This document shows, in pieces, positions 9,346-18,624 of a DNA stretch of 64,000 bases. The first letter of the stretch is position 1; the number at the start of each line of letters is the position of its first letter. The stretch is from Minisyncoccota bacterium (GTDB taxonomy: Bacteria; Patescibacteriota; Microgenomatia; UBA1400; PJMF01). A program made the translations under genes and the position numbers. The stretch spans positions 18,258 through 82,257 of the forward strand of contig JAAYYE010000010.1 in the NCBI GenBank assembly GCA_012515515.1, in the 5' to 3' direction. The notes beneath the pieces are model-generated. The model worked only from the letters and a program-made list of their open reading frames with translations, searched no databases and was not told the origin of the DNA.

Positions 9346-9954
9346 ATGCAGATATTGTTTGCCAGTTCCAATCAGGGCAAAATTGCAGAAGCCAAAGACA
9401 TTTTTCTTAGCAGCAAACATCAGTTGTTAAGTGTTAACGATCAAGAAATTCTTGAACATTTAGGAATAATAGTTCCTAAAAATTTAAATATTCAAGAATC
9501 TGCTGAATCTTTTCAAGCCAACGCCTTAATTAAAGTTCAAGCTTTTCATCACTTTTGTCATTTACCTTGTATTGCCGATGACAGTGGCTTGTTGTTGGAT
9601 GCTTATCCTAATTTTCCAGGAGTGAATTCTAATCGCTGGATTGAAGGTAGTGATTTTGAGCGCAATGTCGCTTTGCTCAAAAAATTAGAGAATCAAGTCA
9701 ATCGTCGTGCAAAATTTCAAACCATACTCTGCCTCTATGCTTACAAAAATCATCAAGCTTTATTTTTCTCAGGAGAAGTAAGTGGCCAGATTGCGCTAAA
9801 AATTCAAGGAACAGAAGGTTTTGGCTATGATCCAATTTTTATCCCTGATTCTTATAACTTAAGTTTTGCGCAATTGGGCGTGGCAGTAAAAAATAAGATT
9901 TCTCATCGGGTGAAAGCCTGGCAAACTTTACTTGAGTTTCTGGAAAAAAATTAA
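9346..9954 (+). CDS. rdgB: Non-canonical purine NTP pyrophosphatase (RdgB/HAM1)
   Basis: ASSNQGK, ADDSGL, PGVNS, GFGYDPIF, KNKISHR. Confidence 0.95.
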   Translation: MQILFASSNQGKIAEAKDIFLSSKHQLLSVNDQEILEHLGIIVPKNLNIQESAESFQANALIKVQAFHHFCHLPCIADDSGLLLDAYPNFPGVNSNRWIEGSDFERNVALLKKLENQVNRRAKFQTILCLYAYKNHQALFFSGEVSGQIALKIQGTEGFGYDPIFIPDSYNLSFAQLGVAVKNKISHRVKAWQTLLEFLEKN

Positions 9955-9983
9955 GCAAACTGGGCAAGCAACTAGATAAAAAA

Positions 9984-11054
9984 CTAAGCAATAGTAATTT
10001 GTTCGTTTAAATAAACATCCTGAACAGCTTGCAGCAAACGCACGCCCTCAGCCATTGGTCGTTTAAAAGCTTTCCTGCCTAGTATTAATCCTGATCCACC
10101 CGCTCGCTTATTAATGACAGCGCTTCGAACCGCATCTTTTAAATCACTATTAAAATCACCATCAGCACTACTTTCACCACCAGAATTAAGCAAAGGAATT
10201 CTACCAGCATAACAATTGATTACTTGTAAACGAAGCATATCTATTGGATTTTCCGTGCTGAGAGACTCATACATTTCATCATTATATTTAGCAAATTTAA
10301 AATGACGAAAAGCGCCATCAATCGTGGGCATTTTTTGTTTAATAATATCAGCCCCAATTGTGACTCCTAAGCGATTGGCTTGAGCGGTAATATCAGCACT
10401 CGAATTATAATCATTATCTTTAGTTTCCCAGGCGCTGTTGCGTGGATAACACCACAAGATAGTAGCCATACCCAAGCGATGAGCCTCATCAAAGGCTTGA
10501 GCTATTTCAACAATTTGGCGATTACTTTCGGCTGAACCAAAATAAATGGTGGCTCCGACAGCCACTGCTCCCAATTCATAGATTTGTTTAACTTTGGTAA
10601 AAATAACCTGATCCCATTTATTTGGATATGTTAAGAGCTCATTGTGATTGATTTTAACAATTAAGGGAATTTTATCTGCGTATTTTTTACTTATTAATGC
10701 TAAAGCACCAAGGCTAGAAGCGACTCCGCTACTACCTGCTTCAAGGGCTAATCTAACTATATTTTCAGGATCAAAATATAATGGATTTTTATAAAAAGAA
10801 AAGTTAGCACTATGCTCTATATCTTGATCAACTGGCAAAATTGATAAATAGCCGGTGTTGGCTAAACGACCATGAGCATATAATTTTTGTAAATTATCTA
10901 GCACCTTTTGATTACGATTTGATTGCGCAAAAACCTCTTGAACTTGGTTGGGATTAACTTGATAAATCAAGTCTTTCGTTAAATTATTACAACGGTGAGC
11001 CAATAAATACTTGGCCTCTCCATCTAAAAGCTTAACAATATCTTCGTAAGTCAT
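9984..11054 (-). CDS. fbaB: Class I fructose-bisphosphate aldolase (DhnA/FbaB type)
   Basis: GYLSILPVDQ.IEH, NPLYFDPENIV, KINHNELL, GATIYFGS, LWCYPRN, ADIIKQK, SGG, GRKAF. Confidence 0.95.
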   Translation of the reverse strand: MTYEDIVKLLDGEAKYLLAHRCNNLTKDLIYQVNPNQVQEVFAQSNRNQKVLDNLQKLYAHGRLANTGYLSILPVDQDIEHSANFSFYKNPLYFDPENIVRLALEAGSSGVASSLGALALISKKYADKIPLIVKINHNELLTYPNKWDQVIFTKVKQIYELGAVAVGATIYFGSAESNRQIVEIAQAFDEAHRLGMATILWCYPRNSAWETKDNDYNSSADITAQANRLGVTIGADIIKQKMPTIDGAFRHFKFAKYNDEMYESLSTENPIDMLRLQVINCYAGRIPLLNSGGESSADGDFNSDLKDAVRSAVINKRAGGSGLILGRKAFKRPMAEGVRLLQAVQDVYLNEQITIA

Positions 11055-11060
11055 GTGTGC

Positions 11061-11594
11061 TTATTTCTTGCTTTTTTTAGGTTTAGGTTTAGATTCAGAA
11101 ACTTTAGGGTTTTTTGCAGCAACAAATTCAGCGCGAATTTCATAAAGAAAATAGAAAGTAATTACAGCAGAAATTAAGGAGCTCCATATACCTCCCCAAC
11201 CCAAAACTAATAAAACAAGGCTGTGCGCTACAGATACAATACCGGTCCAAAATAGCAAAAGCCAAGCCTCATATTCTTTATTTTTAATAAGTTTGTGGGA
11301 CATCAAGTAAAGAGCACCAATTAAAATAGCAAAAGCAGCGTTGACATAATAATAAGATCGCCCAATTCCTATCCATTCTGTAAGAAAACTGCGACGACTA
11401 TAGGATAATAAATTTTCTACTCCAGAAAATACAGATGCTACGCCAAAAACTAAAACTAAAATGGGTAAGACTTTAACAATATTTTTTACCCAGTCTTTTG
11501 GAAGATGGGGCAAGTCTTTGAGAAGTGCTTCTCCTTTTTGAGCGATTTCTTTAATTCGTTTGCTGTATAGAACAGAATTAAGTTTTTTCATCAT
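11061..11594 (-). CDS. Hypothetical 4-TM membrane protein
   Basis: Four hydrophobic segments; LPHLP..W N-terminal motif; Y.LYEIR C-terminal motif. Confidence 0.75.
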   Translation of the reverse strand: MMKKLNSVLYSKRIKEIAQKGEALLKDLPHLPKDWVKNIVKVLPILVLVFGVASVFSGVENLLSYSRRSFLTEWIGIGRSYYYVNAAFAILIGALYLMSHKLIKNKEYEAWLLLFWTGIVSVAHSLVLLVLGWGGIWSSLISAVITFYFLYEIRAEFVAAKNPKVSESKPKPKKSKK

Positions 11595-11737
11595 AATAAA
11601 TTATTCTAGCAAAAATTTTATTGTTTTAATAGTCAATCATTGAAAAATTTGCTTTTTATTGTTAGACTAGACCACCTTTATAAACAAACTTTAGAAATTT
11701 AAATAAAAATAATAGCATTGGACAGAAGCCAACAACA

Positions 11738-12793
11738 ATGAAAAATATAAAAAATAAAAACAAGTTTAAAACTTTTTTCACTGATAAAAGTAAAAGACGC
11801 AAATTATTCTTTGGCCTATTGATTATTATAGTAGTTATGGCCTTATTTTTTTGGAATCGAGCTAAAAAACAAGAAGTTGAATTTAGCGAGTATCAGCTCT
11901 CTCGACAAGATATTAGCCAAACCATGCTTTTATCAGGAAATCTTGATGCTAAAGAAAGAGTTAATTTGAATTTTGCGGGTGGCGGAAAGCTGGTTTATTT
12001 GGGAGCAAAAACAGGCGACTGGGTCAATAAATGGCAAACCATTGCCACTATTGATACTCGAGATTTACAAAAAAATCTTGAGAAAAATCTTAATTATTAC
12101 GAAAATACTCGATTAGACTGGGACGCTCAATTAAAAGAAGACGAAGGCGAAGTTTTAGATGACGATGAAAAACGAGCGCGAAAAAAAGAGCAAAATCTCA
12201 TGGATAATACTGTTTTAGATGTGGAATTAACGAGCGTTGCTGTTGATGGTCGAGTGATGAGTGCTCCTTTCGCTGGAATTTTACTATCCTCACCGACGCC
12301 TGTGACAGGAGTGGTCTTATCTCCCAGCGACGTTTTTGAATTAATTAATCCCAAAACTTTGCTGATTAGAGCCGAGATTGATGAAATTGATCTGCCACTA
12401 ATTTCCCTGGGTCAAACAGCTAAAATTATTTTTAATGCTTATGCAGAAGAAGAAATTGTCAGTCAAATCGATTACATTGCTTTTAAAAGTATGACTGGTA
12501 GCACTGGCACAGTTTTTCAACTAGAGTTACCTCTGGCTGGAATTGAAGATTTGAATAAGTATCGAATTGGCATGAATGTAGATGTCGAAATTGAGTTAGC
12601 CAAAAAAAGTGATGTCTTAGTAGTTCCCTTAGAAGCCATTTTTAGTCAAGAAGGTCAAACAATGGTTAAGGTCAAAAACCCAAATCAACTCACTCCCGAG
12701 GACAGAGTAATTAAACTAGGTTTAGAAAATGATGAAATGGCAGAAGTAGTTGAGGGTTTAGAAGAAGGCGAAATTATTCTTATTGAAAGTTAG
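11738..12793 (+). CDS. Membrane-fusion/adaptor protein (MacA/YknX-like)
   Basis: N-terminal TM, lipoyl-like halves (GKL...GDWV; APFAG), EIDEIDL, GM.VDV, VLVVP; first gene of an ABC operon. Confidence 0.88.
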   Translation: MKNIKNKNKFKTFFTDKSKRRKLFFGLLIIIVVMALFFWNRAKKQEVEFSEYQLSRQDISQTMLLSGNLDAKERVNLNFAGGGKLVYLGAKTGDWVNKWQTIATIDTRDLQKNLEKNLNYYENTRLDWDAQLKEDEGEVLDDDEKRARKKEQNLMDNTVLDVELTSVAVDGRVMSAPFAGILLSSPTPVTGVVLSPSDVFELINPKTLLIRAEIDEIDLPLISLGQTAKIIFNAYAEEEIVSQIDYIAFKSMTGSTGTVFQLELPLAGIEDLNKYRIGMNVDVEIELAKKSDVLVVPLEAIFSQEGQTMVKVKNPNQLTPEDRVIKLGLENDEMAEVVEGLEEGEIILIES

Positions 12794-12795
12794 AT

Positions 12796-13524
12796 TTGCT
12801 TATGGCTAAAACTAAAAAGAGTCTCACAGCCATTTTGGAGTTGAAAGAAGTTTCTAAAATTTATACTTTAGGTGAGCAACAAATCCCAGCTTTAAACAAA
12901 TTATCCTTAAGTATTTGTGAGGGAGATTTTGTGGTAATTATGGGGGCATCTGGATCTGGCAAATCAACTCTATTGCAAGTAGCTAGCATGCTATCTCAAG
13001 CCACGCATGGAGAAATTTTTCTAAAAGGCAAAAACGTGACTGAATATGATGAGGTAGATCGAGCTCATTTGCGTAATAAAGAAATTGGGTTTATTTTTCA
13101 GCAATTTAACCTACTAGCCAAAACCCCAGCTCTTGAACAAGTTGAGTTGCCTCTGGTTTATGCTAAAGTTTCTGAAGAAGAAAGAAAAGAAAGAGCGACA
13201 GTCATGCTCAAAAAACTAGGTTTAGGCAATCGCTTATCAAATAAGCCAGGAGAATTATCTGGTGGACAACAACAACGAGTGGCAATTGCTCGAGCTTTAG
13301 TCAATAATCCGAGTATTATTTTTGCTGATGAACCAACCGGTAATCTTGATTCAAAATCTGGAGATGAAATAAAAAAAATCTTAATTCAACTTAATCAGGA
13401 AGGCAAAACTATTATTTTGGTTACTCATGATCAAAGTGTAGCAAAAATTGCCAGTCGTGAAATTATTATTAAAGATGGTCAGATAGTTAAAGATCGTCGA
13501 ACTGATGGTAAAAAATGCTATTAA
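12796..13524 (+). CDS. ABC transporter ATP-binding protein (MacB/LolD family)
   Basis: [42 protein letters not shown]. The true start may be the ATG at 12802. Confidence 0.95.
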   Translation: MLMAKTKKSLTAILELKEVSKIYTLGEQQIPALNKLSLSICEGDFVVIMGASGSGKSTLLQVASMLSQATHGEIFLKGKNVTEYDEVDRAHLRNKEIGFIFQQFNLLAKTPALEQVELPLVYAKVSEEERKERATVMLKKLGLGNRLSNKPGELSGGQQQRVAIARALVNNPSIIFADEPTGNLDSKSGDEIKKILIQLNQEGKTIILVTHDQSVAKIASREIIIKDGQIVKDRRTDGKKCY

Positions 13525-14723
13525 ATACTTTTAAAGTTGCCACTAAGGCTCTATTAGTCAATAAGGGTCGAACTTTTTTAACAACTCTAGGCATTATTAT
13601 TGGAGTTTTTTCAGTGGTGATGTTGACCGGTTTGGGCAATGGTTTACAAGCTTATGTTTCCGAACAGTTTGAGAGCTTGGGCTCTAACACAGTTTTTGTA
13701 TCAATGGGTCAAATGCTTGATAGAGAGGGCGGTGTCGGTCAAGGAACCATGGATCGTTTTCTCTCAGAAAAAAAATTTACACTACGGGATATTGAGCGAG
13801 TCAAAAGACTTAGGGAATATGTAAAGGACGTTGCTTATAATTCTTCGGGAATTGATGAAGCTAAATTTCTAAATAATACGATGAGAGTCACTATTTTAGG
13901 CACTTTGGCGAATTATCCAGAAGTGATTACCGTCAAGATAGCTAGTGGGCGATATTTTAATGAAAGTGAAGAAAGATCTGGAGATAGGGTAGTGGTTTTA
14001 GGTCATGGGGTAGCTGAAGAATTATTTGATCGTGTTGATCCAGTTTCTCGAAAATTACGCATTGGCAATCAAGTATTTACTGTGGTGGGAGTGGCAGCCG
14101 AACAAGGTCAAAGTTTTTCTGGAGCTGGTTTCGACAACCGTGTGTATGCTCCTCATTCATTAGTTAGTCGAATTTATGAAGGTGGAGATTTAACTGAATT
14201 TGCAGTAAAAATTAAAGATCCAAGTTTGATTCCACAAGCAATTAAAGCAATTGAAAAAGAATTAGAAAAAAGTTTGGACGAAGATGACTTTAGCGTTTTT
14301 GATCAATCTCAGTTATTAGACACAATTAATAATATTTTGTCCATGTTAACTGTGGCATTGGGCGGTATTGCCGCCATTTCCTTGTTGGTCGGTGGGATTG
14401 GCATCATGAATATTATGTTGGTGTCAGTTTCAGAACGCACTAGAGAAATTGGCTTGCGTAAGGCTTTAGGAGCGACGCCTAAGCAAATTTTAGTACAATT
14501 TTTAATTGAAGCATCAATACTTTCTATTTTTGGGGGTTTGATGGGCTTGGCTTTAGCTGGGCTTGGTACTTGGGCTATCCAATCAATTTTTCCAGCTAAA
14601 ATTACCTTAACAGCGGTCCTCTTAGCTCTTGGAGTATCAACAGCCGTTGGCTTAATTTTTGGCGTAGCGCCAGCTAAACGAGCGGCTAATCTTTCGCCAA
14701 TTGAAGCCTTGAGATACGAATAG
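13515..14723 (+). CDS. ABC transporter permease (MacB/FtsX-like)
   Basis: LGIIIGV, VGGIGIMNIMLVSVSERTREIGLRKALGA, PIEALRYE. Confidence 0.95.
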   Translation: MLLNTFKVATKALLVNKGRTFLTTLGIIIGVFSVVMLTGLGNGLQAYVSEQFESLGSNTVFVSMGQMLDREGGVGQGTMDRFLSEKKFTLRDIERVKRLREYVKDVAYNSSGIDEAKFLNNTMRVTILGTLANYPEVITVKIASGRYFNESEERSGDRVVVLGHGVAEELFDRVDPVSRKLRIGNQVFTVVGVAAEQGQSFSGAGFDNRVYAPHSLVSRIYEGGDLTEFAVKIKDPSLIPQAIKAIEKELEKSLDEDDFSVFDQSQLLDTINNILSMLTVALGGIAAISLLVGGIGIMNIMLVSVSERTREIGLRKALGATPKQILVQFLIEASILSIFGGLMGLALAGLGTWAIQSIFPAKITLTAVLLALGVSTAVGLIFGVAPAKRAANLSPIEALRYE

Positions 14724-14803
14724 AATTTTACTGAGAAAAATTTACTAGTTTTGTTTCCAATTAAAAGAATTTGTTGAGAAATTTAATAATAAAAAGTGAC
14801 TTT

Positions 14804-15094
14804 TTAATTTTCTTTATCAATTTTACGAACCCAAAGCTTTTTAAAATACACTTTTAGTTTTTGATATAACAACGCTGAAATCACAATTGGAATTAAAAAA
14901 GGTCTGGGAAAGAGAAAGTACATAAAAAACATTAACTCGAAAATATTATTGGGCAAAGGAATTGCTGTTCCAGATGTTGATGGTTGCGGAGGAAGCACTT
15001 TCATCAAATGTAGCAGGTTGACTATTAATAGTGGCAGGAGAAAAGCTATTCCAACTGATGAAATAATTGCAAGAAGCAATGGTTTGCGGCGCAT
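14804..15094 (-). CDS. Small hypothetical membrane protein
   Basis: 96-aa ORF with two hydrophobic segments; no competing ORF here. Confidence 0.5.
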   Translation of the reverse strand: MRRKPLLLAIISSVGIAFLLPLLIVNLLHLMKVLPPQPSTSGTAIPLPNNIFELMFFMYFLFPRPFLIPIVISALLYQKLKVYFKKLWVRKIDKEN

Positions 15095-15334
15095 TAATTA
15101 CTTATACAATGCTTAAAACATTTTGTGAACTGGAAAGTTGGTAGAGGAAGAAGTAGTGGATGATTAATTTCTCAATTATTTACAGATGAATTGAATTGCT
15201 TAGTAATTACTCCAAATCTAATATTGGCCAAAGACATCATAAAAAAGTTGATCAATTTTTACTTAATTAAAAATTTAAGAGAAAGTCATGAACAAACAAA
15301 GTGAAAAATTATTAAGAAATGATAGAATATAATT

Positions 15335-15757
15335 ATGCAAAAACAAATTTCAATAAATCAGGCTATTGAACATTTTAGTATTCTCAAAAAACTACCTATA
15401 AGTAGGGCTTGGAGAGGTTATGGATCTTCTATCTTCTTTGAATTTGGTAAAATTGATGATAAAGGAGCAGGTGATTACACTCTAGCTGTTTCAAATAACT
15501 GGTGGCTAAAAAGTAGTGCTTTATCCTTAGATGCTGGGAGCAGTTTTAGTGAGATTGATAATTTTCTTCAAAAATTAATGAGTATGTCTTTGCAAGATGT
15601 ATCTGTTGTAGACGATAAACTACTATTTACTTTTGATAATTGTGAACTAAAAATTATTTTGAATAGTATGGAAAATAATGGATGGTCATTAAACAAAATT
15701 GAAGAAGCTTTTTTGACCACGTCTGGTGGAAGTTTTATTTTAGAAAAAGAGGACTAA
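15335..15757 (+). CDS. Hypothetical protein
   Basis: 140 aa with an AWRGYGSSIFFEFG motif; extended -10 upstream and a terminator downstream. Confidence 0.7.
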   Translation: MQKQISINQAIEHFSILKKLPISRAWRGYGSSIFFEFGKIDDKGAGDYTLAVSNNWWLKSSALSLDAGSSFSEIDNFLQKLMSMSLQDVSVVDDKLLFTFDNCELKIILNSMENNGWSLNKIEEAFLTTSGGSFILEKED

Positions 15758-15779
15758 TTTCTTAGTCCTCTACTTTTTT
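15748..15779 (+). terminator. Rho-independent terminator
   Basis: Perfect 10-bp stem AGAGGACTAA-tttc-TTAGTCCTCT followed by ACTTTTTT. Confidence 0.75.
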
Positions 15780-16160
15780 GCTTGCCGACAGGAATTTCTC
15801 CCTAACGGATGCGTAATACTACTTCGCTGGCAGCGGACTTCAGCTCTTCATAGGACATGTAGTCTTTATATACACCTAAGTCTTTTTGTTATTGTAAAAT
15901 AAATTATTCAAATTTTTTTATCTACAATAACACTATGCACAAAGGTTTCTTGTCAATTTAAGATACGCTCCCCCCTCAACGCTTGCTTTGTTGTAAATAA
16001 ACACTAGTGTGGTAAGTCTAACAGTGGATGCGTGCATGGACACCCCTAGTCAAGTAGGGGGAGGGGATAAAGTATGTCAAAAAAAGCCGATATAGAGCGT
16101 GTGAGAAGACAGTTTTATTCAAGCAAATTAAGGTTTTTAAAGCCTCAAATGGACAAAATG

Positions 16161-16232
16161 TGACCCTATGGGGAATCGAACCCCAGTTGCCGGGATGAGA
16201 ACCCGATGTCCTAACCGCTAGACGATAGGGCC
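16161..16232 (-). tRNA. tRNA-Glu (anticodon CTC), CCA not encoded
   Basis: The reverse complement folds as a cloverleaf: acceptor GGCCCTA/TAGGGTC, anticodon loop TTCTCAT, T arm GGTTCGATTCC. Confidence 0.96.
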
Positions 16233-16306
16233 TAGTTACCTCTGGATTATACAAATTTTTTAAGCCTTTGTAAATGTGAGCAAGTTTGTCATTTTCTATT
16301 TAGATA

Positions 16307-17302
16307 ATGCATTTAATGCGTCGTTTAATATTTTTCTTACTACTAATTATTTTTTATCTGCTTTTTCCCAATATTATTGATGCGCACGAATTACAATTCA
16401 CAATTCCTGACAACATTATTCAGCTTAAATTACCTGGGGACTATCAAATTAAGCAGCAGCTACAAGTTTCCGAAAAAAATGAAGAGAACAGACGCAATGA
16501 GCAAAGTAATGAAGCACAAGACAATTTTTATTTAATAAGGGAAGATCAGTCTTATTTACTCAAGGAATATTTTGATCCTAACTTAATCATTGAAATAGAT
16601 AAGTTTTATTCACTAGAGCTAGCCAAAGATTTTTCACCTGCCATCAGCTTTGAATATTTTGTTGACAGTGCTGAAGACTTATCTGCCTTTGATGAGCCAG
16701 TTTTTTACATCAGCATTGAGGGAGAATCTAAGCAAGAATTAATTTTTGCCAAAACTATAAAACAAAGCGATGGTCAGTGGCAAAAAGTTATTTTAGATTT
16801 AAGAGTCTATGATTTATTTGATAAACATTTGCATTTTTACGCGGGAAATTTAGGAGACCAAAACAAGCCAAGTTCTGTTTATATAAAAAATCTTAGTTCA
16901 CAACTGATTGTGTGGCAGGCTGGCGATCAATTGTTACTAGACAATCAACTTATTCAAAATCCAGAAGAATACATTGAACAAGGAAAGATCAGGATTGCGG
17001 AAAATGATTGGCCAATTTATCAATTTATTTCGCAGAAAATTACTAAGCCGATTGTTATCGAGGAAGTTGATGGTAGTTTTACTTTTATATTTTCAGCAAT
17101 TAGTGAAAATATATTTAAGAATCATCGTTGGTTTTTAACTTGCGGTCAAGAAAAGAGCGAACAATTAATCCAAAAAAACCATTTCCTTTTTCCTCAAATG
17201 ACTATTACAGATTTTTGGCCCAATTTTGGCGAAGAAATTATCATTAATGTTCAAGATTTAAGCTGTGTAAATTCAAGTAGTGCTTATTTGGAGGTGATTT
17301 GA
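16307..17302 (+). CDS. Exported hypothetical protein with predicted beta-sandwich domain
   Basis: Signal peptide (RR, hydrophobic core, IDA); W.KV.LDL..Y...L.FYAGN beta-rich segment; translationally coupled to the next gene. Confidence 0.7.
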   Translation: MHLMRRLIFFLLLIIFYLLFPNIIDAHELQFTIPDNIIQLKLPGDYQIKQQLQVSEKNEENRRNEQSNEAQDNFYLIREDQSYLLKEYFDPNLIIEIDKFYSLELAKDFSPAISFEYFVDSAEDLSAFDEPVFYISIEGESKQELIFAKTIKQSDGQWQKVILDLRVYDLFDKHLHFYAGNLGDQNKPSSVYIKNLSSQLIVWQAGDQLLLDNQLIQNPEEYIEQGKIRIAENDWPIYQFISQKITKPIVIEEVDGSFTFIFSAISENIFKNHRWFLTCGQEKSEQLIQKNHFLFPQMTITDFWPNFGEEIIINVQDLSCVNSSSAYLEVI

Positions 17303-17961
17303 TGCCCAGTGGTCATCAAATAATTATCAATTGCGGATTAAATGCTACTGATCAGTGTCAATTAGCTGAAGAGTCTTTGCCTGGAATTAATATTAAAACC
17401 CAGCGAACACCTGCCCAATACAACTATTATTTATTAATTCATAATTACTTAAAAGATAGCTGTCAGCTGAGTTTGGAAGCCAGCCCCGAGCAAGAAGTTG
17501 GGGAAAAACCTTGGTCCAAAATATTTGTCAAAATATTTCAGCAAAACCAACTCTTATTTGATGGCAATTTACAAGTATTTTTTCAAGAAAAAATTGATCT
17601 TTTAACCCTTGCTAGTGATAGTTTTAAGCTTTATCGATTGGAATTTTATTTAGCAGAAGCCAGAGAAGAATTTCAAACAAACTTTTTATTAAATTTTAAG
17701 CTTAATTGTCAACAGGCAGCAACTGCTCAGCCTCAAAATCAAGAAGTTTTAGGCCTTCAAAGTGAAGAAGGAGTGCCACAAGCCCTTCCAGCACAAGCCG
17801 CTGTTGCACCAGTGGCGCCAGAACCCAAGACATTTGTAATTATTTGCTTAATTATCTTCATCTTTTTTTTAATATTAATATTTTTTATTTATCGATCAAT
17901 ATTTCCTAAATCAAAGCAAAAGGAAAAAGTATTAATTAGCTCAAAGAAAGGTAATCTATGA
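17299..17961 (+). CDS. Hypothetical protein with C-terminal membrane anchor, possible TasA-like accessory subunit
   Basis: TGATG coupling and GGAGG ribosome-binding site; Ala/Pro/Gln linker with EVLG, then a TM helix and a basic tail. Confidence 0.65.
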   Translation: MMPSGHQIIINCGLNATDQCQLAEESLPGINIKTQRTPAQYNYYLLIHNYLKDSCQLSLEASPEQEVGEKPWSKIFVKIFQQNQLLFDGNLQVFFQEKIDLLTLASDSFKLYRLEFYLAEAREEFQTNFLLNFKLNCQQAATAQPQNQEVLGLQSEEGVPQALPAQAAVAPVAPEPKTFVIICLIIFIFFLILIFFIYRSIFPKSKQKEKVLISSKKGNL

Positions 17962-18560
17962 GCAAAAATAAAAAAATTAAAAAACTAAGCTTGGGTCTTG
18001 TGTTGACAATAGTTTTGCTGTTTGGTGCATTGCGCCTATCAAAAGCATTGTTTTCAGATGTTGAAACCTTACAAGACAATACGGCTGGAGCTGCCAGTGT
18101 TAATTTACAGTTGGGTGGCAAGGATCCAACTGTAGTTAAATTTTCTTTTCCCAACCTAATTCCTGGAGTGCCAGTTAGTTCGACAGTTGGGGTGACAGAC
18201 ATAGGCACAGGGGCAGATTTTGATGAAAACTTGTATATTGGATTGGTAGTTACCGACAGTGACGAAGGCACTAATACTGAGGCTGAAACCGATATCACTG
18301 GAGAAGGTGAACTTGATGATTGCTTAATGATGCGAGTAAGCTACAAAGATTTGGGTGGTAATATGGTTGAAATTCAGCCCTACACATTGTTTTCTGAATT
18401 AGAAAACATCTTTATTGACGAAGAGAACTTTTCGGCACTGGATGATTTGTTACAGATTACCACGGTCAATATAACTTTTGATGTTAGTGCTGATGCTTGT
18501 GGCAATGAAGCGATGGGAGATACAGTTACTTTTGATCTAAATTTCTATTACGAACAGTAA
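17958..18560 (+). CDS. TasA/camelysin-family protein with SipW-type signal peptide
   Basis: Basic N-region and hydrophobic core followed by A-LFSDVET..N..GA..VNL, resembling the SipW-cognate consensus A.FSD.E....N.F.AG.LDL; NLIPG motif; acidic body. Confidence 0.75.
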   Translation: MSKNKKIKKLSLGLVLTIVLLFGALRLSKALFSDVETLQDNTAGAASVNLQLGGKDPTVVKFSFPNLIPGVPVSSTVGVTDIGTGADFDENLYIGLVVTDSDEGTNTEAETDITGEGELDDCLMMRVSYKDLGGNMVEIQPYTLFSELENIFIDEENFSALDDLLQITTVNITFDVSADACGNEAMGDTVTFDLNFYYEQ

Positions 18561-18565
18561 GCTTG

Positions 18566-18598
18566 TGGCGAGTCAAGCAATGCTTGCTTGACTCGCCA
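18566..18598 (+). terminator. Perfect 15-bp hairpin, terminator or mRNA-stabilising stem
   Basis: TGGCGAGTCAAGCAA-tgc-TTGCTTGACTCGCCA, starting 5 nt after the stop of the TasA-like gene; weak U-tract. Confidence 0.7.
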
Positions 18599-18624
18599 TT
18601 ATTTGTCATAATGATTTACTATTT

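Noticed and set aside
11738-14723. MacAB-like exporter without TolC
   Set aside because: This is normal for monoderm organisms (YknXYZ type) and not novel.
14724-14803. Possible att duplication of the tRNA-Glu 3' end bounding the islet
   Set aside because: Only AAAAGTGAC resembles AAAATGTGACC; this is too short and AT-rich, and no integrase is present.
16018-16254. 78-aa minus-strand ORF
   Set aside because: It runs through tRNA-Glu on the same strand and is a translation of the tRNA and its flank.
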